Positions 48,601-59,348 of a stretch of 64,000 bases of DNA are shown one piece after another. Source of the DNA: Phallusia mammillata (taxonomy: Eukaryota). The notes beneath the pieces were generated by a model that did no database searches, had not been told where the DNA came from, and was given only the letters and a program-made list of their open reading frames with translations. The first letter of the stretch is position 1, and each line of letters begins with the position of its first letter. Where the stretch lies: positions 6,820,001 to 6,884,000 of the forward strand of contig OZ281500.1 in the NCBI GenBank assembly GCA_965637545.1. The letters run 5' to 3'. A program made the translations under genes and the position numbers.

Positions 48601-50033
48601 CGGTGCTTGCTGGAAACCAAAATTTTCACTTTTGAAATACAAAACTTGATTTGTAACTATTTTGATAGTTTAGTTTGGTGATCGTTAAACATTAGCCTTG
48701 ACTTAAGGGTAGCCATTGTGAAATAATTGCATTACATACCCAAATATTAATCTGTACACAATTACAGCTCATCAGTCAAGAACGGTTTCGTTGTCTGGAA
48801 AAGATCAAGACGATAGGGGGGACGTACATGGCGGCTTCGGGTCTTACCCCCCACAATGTGGCTCACGCCAACTCATACGACGAGGATTCAGGTGCACAAA
48901 CAACGAATGACAGCACGAAAGGAAACACTGGAGAGGGGACATCGACCTCAAGCAGGTTAATAACAGTAAGCTTTTCACGAAGTACGTTTTGATGCATTTC
49001 TTCTATCTCTTTTGTAGTCAATCGGCGTCTGACGAACATGAGTCGCCCGACAAGCTATCAGCACATGACGTAAGCCATCTTTGCATGCTGGCTCATTTGG
49101 CTTTACTTCTGCGACGAGTTATCACTGACGTCAACGTTCATTCGGGAAACAACTTTAATCTTCGAATTGGTATGTTCTCTGATTACTATGTGATAAAATC
49201 ATGTTTGACGGCAATGACATCAAAATGTAATGTAGAAATTTCTGTATTAGCCACGATGTTCTCCACGAAATAAATGTGTATTATTAGTGATGTTGTAAAG
49301 ATTTCTTTGCAGGGATGGCGTATGGTCCTGTAGTGGCTGGTGTGATCGGTGCCCAAAAGCCACAGTATGATATCTGGGGAAAAGCTGTTAACCTTGCCAG
49401 CCGAATGGACAGCACTGGTTTACCTAACCACATTCAAGTGAGTATTCGTTTTTAGTCGTAATTGCTAATGAAATAGCTAAAGGTATTAATGCCCGCTGTA
49501 TATTTTTTTGATACATGAGAAAAATAATTTGTGTTCCATCCGATTTGTTATTTGTAGGCTACTCACAGCGGTTTACAAAGTTTGCGATCTGTTTGTTATG
49601 TATGCCACTAATACTTTTTTTTAGTTGTACGGAAGAGTTTATAGAAGTGCTTTTAATACCCAGTAGCCTACATATACCTATGTATGGTAGATAACAAAAT
49701 ATTTTACTTTGTCAGGTTCCAGAGGATCTGTACTTGGTCCTAAAAGACAAGGGCTTTCAATTCGAGTACCGCGACGAAACGTGGGTTAAAGGTATTGGGA
49801 AAGTACGAACATACTTTCTTACAGGGTGCACAGAAAAGACTGCCCGAATTGCCGGCATTGATCGTGCAATGTCAGCTCTTGGAACGGTGGTCGGGGCCGA
49901 TGGACAACTGGTTCTTGGCGATGTTTCACGAAAAGGAGGCCATCACTCTCTAGCGCATGTAGTGTTCAGCATGGTGCAAGCAGCGCAACGGCACAAGCGT
50001 TATGGTGAAAACACAAACAACGCTACGGCGTAA
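33624..50033 (+). CDS. ADCY8: Transmembrane adenylyl cyclase, ADCY8-like, multi-exon (N-terminal exons tentative)
   Basis: Traced exons include 39121-39525 (LEDLYNRYF), 40986-41476 ([11 protein letters not shown]), 42165-42325 ([11 protein letters not shown]), 42930-43031 ([14 protein letters not shown]...ELFARFD), 43209-43390 ([14 protein letters not shown]), 43467-43633 ([17 protein letters not shown]); C2 [15 protein letters not shown] and [18 protein letters not shown]; last exon 49716-50033. Probable first exons 33624-33819 and 38018-~38398. Confidence 0.9.
34070..34168. mobile_element. Degenerate relative of the 25646-25955 hAT MITE (3' portion)
   Basis: Shares CAGCTG(G/C)CACGAACCAC and CATGGAAATAACAAG with 25846-25915. 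Confidence 0.55.
35770..36314. mobile_element. hAT-like MITE with TAGGGC ends
   Basis: TAGGGCAA...TTGCCCTA ends, flanked by GTAATTAC on both sides (8-bp TSD, or outer TIR because it is palindromic); subterminal GTCAAAA(A)TTT repeats. Confidence 0.75.
38438..40160. repeat. Two related TE-end remnants (CCTACCAT(A/G)CGTCCTCTTTTTGGAGGAC) in ADCY introns
   Basis: 38763-38792 is the reverse complement of 40067-40095; they face away from each other, so they belong to separate degenerate elements. Confidence 0.5.
42562..42871. mobile_element. hAT-type MITE in ADCY intron
   Basis: CAGTGGTGGCCAAACT / AGTTTGGCCACCCCTG ends; perfect 8-bp TSD TTTTAGGG. Confidence 0.9.
44705..44935. repeat. Copy of a CCCG-rich MITE-like family (second copy at 59084-59348)
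   Basis: Shares CCGGTCCGAC and a GACTTACA(C/A)(T/C)TCTG end with 59084-59348. Confidence 0.45.
45994..46285. mobile_element. hAT-type MITE in ADCY intron
   Basis: CAGGGGTGGGCAACC / GGTTGCCCACCCTTG ends; perfect 8-bp TSD CTTTACAT. Confidence 0.9.
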
Positions 50034-51403
50034 AGTTGCCAAAGATATTGTCATTGCGATTTTCAGAAACTTAGACATTCACAGAAAGGTCTGGGTCTTC
50101 AATTCCACCCAAACGTGTTTTCTTACGTTTTATTGCCTCCTGCAAGTTTATGGACTTTTTCACAATTTAAATTAGGCCTACTCTTTGCATAGTCTTCCAA
50201 ACATGCATAGTTTCGATTTTATCATAAAGTTCTTTGCGATTTCGTTTGATTTCTTAGCATTAGATTATTTTTTCTCCGTTTTACGCTACGGTTATATTGT
50301 GCTATTGCCAATTATGGTTGGGGCGTCTGATTTGTTTGCTGTATTGTTGCCTAGTTGTTTTTATTTCGTTTGTTTTAGTCCGGGTACTCACCGTCTCAGC
50401 ACTGTGATTTTAAGCTCGTATACTGCCACTGTTGTGTAATATTTGCTATGAAATAAACCAAAAATGACGAAACTTGTTGAAATTGCCTTCAAAAAATGTT
50501 TCATAGATTTGACTTTCCATAGCAGTTGATTATTATCAAGTCTAGCAATACAGTTTGACTGAACTTTTATATTAGGGACAAGAAAGCTATAATTGCAACT
50601 AGATATCGGTTTGAACCATCGTCGCCGCATAGAAATGAGTTTTATAGCAAAAAACAACCATCGCATAGTGCCATAGCCTACCATTGCTACTTCAAAGAGT
50701 AGGAACACTTCTGGTCTGGCCAAGTGGTTATTTAACAAACGAAATAGCATCCACTACTGGTCGCTTACGAGCAATATGTTACGGGAAGTAGAGTTAACAA
50801 CATCCCGCAGTCTCGGCGAGTCTCGCAGCTGCAAGCTTAAATTCGTGACAAAGCGAGCAAGAAAAATTAAAGCAGCGAAGCGTAAAAAAAGAAAAAAATG
50901 CCTTTTTGTAAACGACGGCTTTGTCGGCTTACCAGTTAAGCAGTTACCACGTTGGAAAGTACGCTTAGGGCTTTGAGTTTCACATATTCATTGTTTATTT
51001 TTTATGTTTAGCAGTTTTAATAGTGTTTTGTGAAGTGAAGTTGTATAGGCAGAAGGCACATACGAACCGTTGTTTACTTTAACGGTTTGTCATGCAAGTA
51101 ATAGGTTGTTAGGCGAAGCTAAAGCCCGGTTGTGCTCTGTGCTTTTGAAGATTTATGTCAAGTAAAATGTCTGTTACAGTCTTACCCAAGTGAATTAAAA
51201 CATAACTTTTTGCCCAAGACAACCAAATCAAATAAATGTTTGATTCATGTAAAAAAAAGTTTTGATATAATTGACTTCATCAAGTTATGTTATTAAACTT
51301 ATAGTATGATGTTACATTTCCACCATTGAGTATCGTGTTTCTGTTTTGACAGGCGTAAAGTATAACACAGGATTCTGGTAGTTGGTGAAAGTCTATTTTT
51401 AGC

Positions 51404-52501
51404 ATGAGCTTCTTGAAGCCACTGGTTATGACAAAGAAGCGATTCAAGTTCCAAGTATCTCTGTATATTGATGAGTTAAACTCGATTCCAACCATAAACG
51501 GATTCCTTTACTGCAAGACAAGCCTTAAAAATGGAGGCACATACACACAGAACACAAGTCGTCTAAATGTCAGTGAGCACTGTGTTGCATGGAGATCAAA
51601 ATTTGAATTCTCATGTAAAATGTCAGCAAGCCCAAACACAGGAATTTTGGACCCTTGTATTGTAAGACTTTCTGTAAGGAGAGAGGTCAAGGGTGGAAGA
51701 AGTGCTATGAAAGTTGGCTATGTGGATTTAAATCTTGCAGAATTTGCAGGCTCAGGCCAAACATCACGTCACTGTCTGTTAGAGGGCTATGATGACAAAA
51801 TACGATTGGACAATTCAATCTTGAAAATTGTTGTTGGAATGCAGCTTCTATCTGGTGATGTGTTGTTCAAGACTCCTGCAGTCCGGGATGTAGCATTTCA
51901 ACTTCCAGAGGAAACCAATGGAATGGAGCCTCAAAAGATGGATGGTGAAAGCAGTGGCTTTGGGAGCTTGCCTAGAAAGACTCAAAAGCATAGAAGTCAA
52001 ACTGATCCATTTGCACCCTCTCACAGTCGCAATGTCAGTTCTGTGAGCCAGCAATCAAAGAAATCAGATTACAGTTCACAACATTCGAGGACACCTAGCA
52101 ACATAAGCCAGGAGAACTCAGTTGACTCTTTAGGTGAACAAGAGTTGGGCATCAGTGGAAGTGGTTCTATTAAATCACCTCAAAAAGTTCCCTCAACGCC
52201 TGGTCGCAACCCACCGCCTAGGCCTCCTCCACCACACAGTGCCACCATTGTTGCCAATCGAATCGATGACACAAGGGTAAATGCCAATGATGTAGTGAGC
52301 AGGCTCATTGCCAGTCAGGACTTCACTCATAACACAAGCAGTGGGGAAGGGGACAATCTCCAGCTGTTTGTTACCAGTGATGGAAGTACGGCTCTAAGTG
52401 GGCAGACACTTCACAATCGTGTTGGCTCTGGTGTTTATCATCCTGTTGTGTTCGATACAAGGCCAAGGACAAGCTCAAACATCGTAAACAGCCATTCATA
52501 G
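51404..52501 (+). CDS. EEIG1: EEIG1/FAM102A-like NT-C2 domain protein, single coding exon, 365 aa
   Basis: KKRFKFQVSL...W...F...CKMSASPNTGILDPC...SVRREVKGGRS..KVGYVDLNLAEFAGSG...CLLEGYD...DNSILKI; C-terminal RIDDTRVNANDVV. Confidence 0.9.
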   Translation: MSFLKPLVMTKKRFKFQVSLYIDELNSIPTINGFLYCKTSLKNGGTYTQNTSRLNVSEHCVAWRSKFEFSCKMSASPNTGILDPCIVRLSVRREVKGGRSAMKVGYVDLNLAEFAGSGQTSRHCLLEGYDDKIRLDNSILKIVVGMQLLSGDVLFKTPAVRDVAFQLPEETNGMEPQKMDGESSGFGSLPRKTQKHRSQTDPFAPSHSRNVSSVSQQSKKSDYSSQHSRTPSNISQENSVDSLGEQELGISGSGSIKSPQKVPSTPGRNPPPRPPPPHSATIVANRIDDTRVNANDVVSRLIASQDFTHNTSSGEGDNLQLFVTSDGSTALSGQTLHNRVGSGVYHPVVFDTRPRTSSNIVNSHS

Positions 52502-53482
52502 GTAGTGTTTTTATCTTTCTTTGTTTCACTTTTTGCATCACCCAACACCATACTAAGCCCTGAAATGCTGTGCATTGATGGGAGCATTCTTATGTTAATT
52601 GAGCACCATGTGTAGGAATCTTTGTAAGATAAACATTGTGTTGAAAACAATGTTAAATTGGTCTGGTTGTTCCATCAGGAGTACCACATGTTTTTTCTTG
52701 CACACGGAATATATTTTTATCTTTGTGTGTGTGTCTGTTTGTTCCTTTATCTGTAAAACTTCCTGTTTTTGAGTGTTAATGCTCGGTGGTTTTGTTTACT
52801 ATGATCCATCCAAATATCAAAATCATGAATCCATGTTGTTTCTCATTTTGAGCCAAATTTTGTGTAAATTGGAATGTATGGTGCCTGACCGTTGTCATGA
52901 GTAAACAGTCAAGTATGCATTTGCTAGCTGGCTTAGCATTTGTTCTTTGTTAGTTTCCAAAGTTTATATTTATTGCATGTTTTCTCCACCAAAGTTTTGT
53001 CCCGGCCTTCTTAAGTAAGTTGGTTGACATAAACAGTAAAATTGTGTAACAGCAATAATGGAATTTGTTATAAAACCAATCTTCAATGCAAATCAACCTT
53101 TAATGCAATCTTGTTCAGATGACAGCCCATTTACTAGGCTTGATTGAACTTTCTTCTTGCTTACATTTATCTGTTGTCAATTTTACATCTTAGTCGCTTA
53201 TTATCTTCCTTTTTACCTTCAGTGATTGTAAAAAGCAAAATAAGAAGCAGCTTTATTTTTCTCTATATGCTGTGTGCCTAATTTTATCTGTTTTGCCCAA
53301 TTTGTCTTGGACTCACATTCACATTGGTAAGCCAAAGTAATTGAAGCTAATGTTTGTAGTAATTGTTGTCACACAAACTTCCAAAGACTTTTTGATCTTT
53401 ATTTGCAACTTCAATAATGTCAAGTGAAAAATATTTTTTCATTTTATACTTCACTGGTAAAACGAACCGTTGCAAGGATAAG

Positions 53483-53533
53483 AATAAACCAAAAAGATGA
53501 TACATTTTTGTTTTTGTGCTTTTTTATGCTTAG
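53483..53533 (+). promoter_or_regulatory. AATAAA followed by pyrimidine tract and AG acceptor just upstream of ASTE1 ATG
   Basis: AATAAA 53483-53488; TTTTTGTTTTTGTGCTTTTTTATGCTTAG ending at 53533; ATG at 53558. Confidence 0.5.
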
Positions 53534-53557
53534 TCTAGTGCTGTTTCTGAACTCTGA

Positions 53558-56500
53558 ATGGGTATCAGGGGCTTAACAGGGTTTGTTAACGATCGGCAAA
53601 GGTTTCTTCTCAAAAGGAGTAAAGTGGTTGATCAGTATTTGATTGTGGATGGTAAAGCACTGCTTCACTTTCTTTACCATGAAAACAGCTTGGATGTCAG
53701 GTATGAAAAATTTCTCATATCAATAACCGATATTGGTTGAACTGTCGAAAGTTGATCAATATCTTTTAAATCATATTTTTGTACAATGTGAAATAGAAGA
53801 TTAAAAATAAGTTTTTCCAAATCCTTTTGTGACTTTGAGTGTAATAGGATTTTAGAAGATTATGGCCTTTATGTTTCTATTATTGATTTTTGGCCAAATG
53901 AACTGCTTTCAACCTGTTCCCAAATGTATTGTTAAGTACCAATGTCAACCAAGGACATGCTTTGGCAAACAGCCAATTTGTCCCTTGGCTGTTTTCAGGG
54001 GAAAATCTAGTTCAAGATTCTTTTTGATTAAATTATGCATGAAACCCTTGTCTGGAGTCATCTATTATTAACTAGTACTCTTCTCTAGTATAGTATTTCA
54101 TTCACTCTATATGAGTTATTGTTGTTTAATGCATAATTTAAATATTGTTTTGATCTTGTGTGTTAAGGTTTGGTGGCAGTTATATGCAGTTCCGTCAAAT
54201 AGTGGAGGAATTTTTGAAAAGACTTCAAACCTGCAAAATTAAACCTATAGTTGTGTTTGATGGGTAAGCTCATTTGTCATACATGCTCATGTTACATGAT
54301 ATTGCTACACAAATAGAGTGTTAAATAAGCATACCTGTGTGTTGGGGAATAAAATCAACAATTAACAGTGTAGTCAAACTGGAATTATAGATGTGCATTT
54401 GTGTTTCTGTTTTTTAAATAATATTTTTTTAAATTTTACCACAGTGGCTGTTCCAAACATAAACAGAATACCAAACTATCAAGACAGCAAGACAATGTGC
54501 AACTAGCTTGCAATATCATTCAGTCTCACTCAAAAGAAGAAGCTCAATGCAATAGACTGCTTCCACCAATGACTGGTAAACATTGTCTATATTTTGTAAT
54601 TTTACATTTACAAATTTAACAATCCTTTTTAGCCAGATGCAAAACATCAAAACAAAAAAGACAATCAAACCAAAAATATATTTTTAAAAAGTTTTCAACT
54701 TAATGTAGCTTTCACCACTTACTTACTTAAATGTAATAAACTACTACTACATTTTAAATATATGCACAATATATTTTGTAATGGAGTGGTACTTAGCATT
54801 TAAGAAAAAACTTTTTTAGATACTTTTAAAGGTTTCTTTCACCCATTTGAGTGTATTTTGGCATTGATTACATTACATCAATCATAGTCCTTATTTATTG
54901 CCAAAATATTAATTGTTATTACATCTTTCTGTTGAATTTAAAGTGTATTTAACATTTAATTATTTTCCAGGTTTGGTTTTGTGTCAAACCCTCAGTGATC
55001 TGAAAATTCCATTTGTTTATTCTGACACTGATGCTGACCGTGACATTGTGGCCTTGGCAAACTTGCTAGGTGCATCTGTTTTGTCCAATGACAGTGACTT
55101 TTATGTCCTGGATGTCATCCATGGTTACTTGCCTTTATCTCATTTTAACTGGAAGGAGGTATGTTAAATATGGTGTTTGGCTATAAAACTGTATATTGTG
55201 TTGTTTAACAGACAATACACCTCAGTATTTTAAACACATAGAAGGACAATGGATATTGGTCTGCCGCATGGGCAGTGGACACATATTTGTTTGTTTATTT
55301 TGTCATAGTCATTTGCATTCTCTCAGTTAAACCTATGTTGTTAGTTGCTTGAAAGTGCAAGCTGCCAATTAATGAAGTTGGGTATTAACAGCTTGCTTAG
55401 GTGTTATTCATGTACCTGATTGGGTAAAGGCATCAACATAAACATATGTACATGTAGTCATGTTACCTATGATTCAGCTGAACGTTGCGTGTGGTGGGTT
55501 AACTGTTTCTCCAACTGAAAAGGCATTTGAACACATTAACCTTACATGCGCGGACATTCCAGGCCTTTGACCAATGATAAGATAATACCCGATGACGAAA
55601 TACCCTCGTCGTTTGGTGCCTTTGTTTTAAAACAATGCCACACACTTTTGGACAAAAACATAAGGGGGCATAAGTTACTGTTGTGGTCGAACTGGTTACC
55701 AGGACACCGCAAAGCCTGTCCTTTAACACCATTTCATAGATTTACGAGCTGTGCAACGTTGCTGAACTGGCAGACGGAGCGACCCAAATGCATGCTATAA
55801 ATCACAATTTCGTGGGAACTGTTAATCTCAGCTACGCAGGCCAAGACTTATCACCGCGCGGAATGCGTGCTATGCCTGTCCTGTTGTTAAGCTTATCGAA
55901 GCTGGGCAATCGAAACTGCAGGCCAAGTTATCGTGACGATGCCTGGTTAAGTTAACAGTGACGTAGCACTTACGGTGCGGTCTTCGACGACTTACCGATT
56001 TAAAACCTTTTTTAAACCGGTAAAAAATGTTAAAAAACTTAAGTTCTTTGATAAAACAGTCTGGTAAAACAATTGTTTTAATCAGTTACAGTTCTCGATA
56101 CAAAAGACATTTTATTTCATTTGTGTGTAGCACTTTATCGTGTATTAAAAAATATATTCAGTGGTTGGTGGTAAAAACATTTTTTACAAACTCCTATTTA
56201 TAATTTTGATTGTGTGCAAGGTTTTCCATGATGAAACACAAGGACAATACATGCATGGCTTGCGTTACCACAGGAAAGCGTTGTTATCGACATACAAGCT
56301 TGATCGAGCGATGCCAGCTTTCCTTTCTATCCTGCTGGGTTCTGACTGGTTGCCCCGGGACACGTTTTCGGTCTTCCTCAGCCAAATTACACAGGTAGGC
56401 TACCTGATATCGTGGGAATCCGAATTGCTGTCAAAGTGTTTCAAGGCAGCCTGTTTGTCCATATTACAATGTTTACTGTCAGTTTTTGTCACCAAGCCTG

Positions 56501-56898
56501 ACCATGCTGACCGCAAGTTAATTTTCCGCTGTATTGTGGGCTACAATTTACAATTTCTTTGTTCTTTTCAACAAGTAGGCCTAGTTGTTTGATATTTGCA
56601 ACATTTTATTGTTGATGATTGTGCTTAATTAAACACAAATTAACTGGATTCTAACTTAGACAGTTGTTGATTTTAGGCTAAATATACCTGATTTTTTACC
56701 AGAGTGGTCCCTCCAGCAAAAAGTGTGGTGAGCTACTTAGCTGGTTGTCCAAGCAAAAAGACACAGAAGTAGTGGTCGAAAAAATAATGCGACGAATTGC
56801 AAACAGCCAGCGCGAAGCGGGGTTGGAAAGAGTAAGGTGGTGTTTATCGTTCTACAACACCCTTCCGAAAAATGAGAAACTTCTCCAACGCGTAAAAG
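53558..56898 (+). CDS. ASTE1: Asteroid homolog 1 (XPG/FEN-like PIN nuclease), 5' six exons; 3' part not traced
   Basis: In-frame exons 53558-53700, 54168-54263, 54444-54575, 54972-55158, 56221-56394, 56703-56898: MGIRGLTGFV, IVDG, FGGSY, VVFDG, DADRDIVALAN..ASVLSNDSDFY, LLSWLS. Confidence 0.85.
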
Positions 56899-59083
56899 GT
56901 ATAGCTGACCTTAGGTGTTTGTGTGAAGTAGTGTCACGTCTTTGTGGTAAAGTGTTTGATATATCAATTGTAGTGTCGTGGCCTTAAGTATTTTATTGTG
57001 CGCTATTCACAAACCCTTTGTCGTGAAAAACAAATTAAAATGTGCTTTGGGCTGTAGTCATTTCATGGCACATAGACAACTCCATTTGCGAGATGTAGGC
57101 TATATAGGTTGTATACAATAGTATGCAAAAAATAGACATTAACAAAATTGCCAGCGATGTAGAATAAAACGTATTCATCGAATATATCTCTGGCAATTTG
57201 GTTATTATTAAAGCTACTATTTAAGTCCGTGTCTTGTGTACCTAAAACATAAACGAAATAAACCAAAAATGTTTTCAATATAAAAGGTTTTAGTTGATAA
57301 AAAACAAAAAACAAGAATTAAGGCTGCGCAATGAACCGTAAATTGTGTTTTTTCATGCTAAAAACTTTACACAACAAAGTAGTTCGTCAGGTCACCTATG
57401 CGTCATCCAAGCAACAAAAAAAACATCCTAAGCGGAGATAATCTAATAACCATGATTTGCGGCTAGGTACGTTGGCGTCGAATTATTGATTAGACGTGCC
57501 TAGCCGATCTACCCAGCCCAAGGCTATGGCTTTGAAGTCCCAAAGAACGTGCCAGGTGTGTCTTACCGTGCTCGTTACGATGATATGATTTGCCTTGCAA
57601 CCAGACTAGAGGTTGCATTAGCAAGTCAAAGTGTTTACGAGTCATACTGACTGTTATTTATAAGTTAACGCTACGGCTGAATGCGAATATGACTAAATTT
57701 TTACCACAGCAGTGTGTTGGGCCATACAGGCCTACAGCCTAGTCGATTTACTAACAAAGGTCAAAAGGTCACACATTTATCCAAAATCATTTCATGTCGT
57801 ACGTAAAATCGTTTCAAACCAGACGTTATCTAAAAGGTCCAGCCTGTTTTTATTCCAACACAATGAACGTTGTTGGAAATTCAGAACTGCTGGTACCAGA
57901 GCCTTTGAATGGGTTTCGACTTTTAACTGGGTTTCGACTGAAATGGGTTTCGACTTTAATGTACCCTGCGCGTTAACCGGCATTTGTTGTTGATGTGTTC
58001 AAATAGCATATTTCAAAACCGCCGTGCACAGCAGTTTAAATATTAACTATGTACTGGGCAACAGTTCCAAATTCATTATTTGTTTCTGTGTGGGGCGAAA
58101 AGGTCATGTAACGCATTGTTTCGATTTATGAGACATACCTCATAACAAAACCACTAAGAACCACACAACAGGCTCCATAAACCTCTGGCTGTCAAGGCTG
58201 ATGCCTATTCGATTCAAATTAATTTGTTTGGCGCGGCCTACATACATTTTTGTGCTATTTATTGGTCAAAAAAATCTAAAGTTCACAGCAAATCAAAAAC
58301 ATTTAGAAAGAAATTAGCTTCAACGAACAGAACGACTAAATGGCAAGGCTGGTTTGCAATATAGTTCCGGTTAAACTAAAGGTTATGGTGCGTCGTGACG
58401 GTTATGAACCTAGTTTGACCTTTCTTAGTGTGTTCAGTTGCCTGTAATAACCACACGCTGCACTGTATAGCAGATACCCTCACAGTGGTTTGGGTGGTTA
58501 TACGGCCACAAAAAGAGCGAGTACAGTACTCGACTTCACATCAAACGTTTAATGGCAAATAATTGCAAGAGATTTGGCGCAAGGACATTTGTGTCAGCGA
58601 CAGTCAATTTTCTTACAGTGTTTACCGTGGTGTGGATTGAGGATTGATTACCAGTCCGTTCTTCACAGCTTTCGGCCCTTCCTTAACATAAAGTGTGTTA
58701 TAACGGGATATACAATAATTTCCTGAACAACATCACGTGAAACCCGACGTTGCAAGTCATAAAATGAGACACGTGTACAATCCTAAAACTTACTAGTTAG
58801 AAAACTGTGAAATGTGTCGTAATGCATTATAGCGATGCAGTTTGCCTGGAGGTCGTATTAGGCGTTTGGCGGTGTCCATAATTAATGATTGGTCGTATGT
58901 TAGAGCTGTCTATTTACCAGCCTCCGCACACCGCAAGGTTATGAATGTACCGGCGCTGCGTTCTTGCGTCTTCGTTGTTTACATGTTGCGCCCTGTGGCT
59001 TGATAATCTGTAGATATGTACTTTAGCTGTTAAACCAGTTATTTGACTTGAGTCGATTTTTTCCTTTTCGCGTGTAGCCAATA

Positions 59084-59348
59084 CAGAGTGTAAACGGTGG
59101 TGCCCGAACCCGGCCCGAACCCGATTCGTTTTTGAGAAGCCCGTTTAGCCATGAAGGTTTGATTGTCAGACATTATAAAGCACCAGAAAAGACCAAGGCA
59201 ACAAACATAATAGACAATTGGTTTAAAACAAGCCGTTTTAGGGCTGTTTGACATTAGGTCAGGTCCAGCCACTATAACCCGTTATTTCGAGAAACCTGAG
59301 CCCGAGCCCGAGCCCGAGCCCGAAAGCCCGGTCCGACTTACAACTCTG
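59084..59348. mobile_element. MITE-like element with (CCCGAA/CCCGAG)n subterminal repeats
   Basis: CAGAGTGTAA ... TTACAACTCTG inverted ends, internal CCCGAACCCG and (GAGCCC)4; no clean TSD. Confidence 0.55.
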
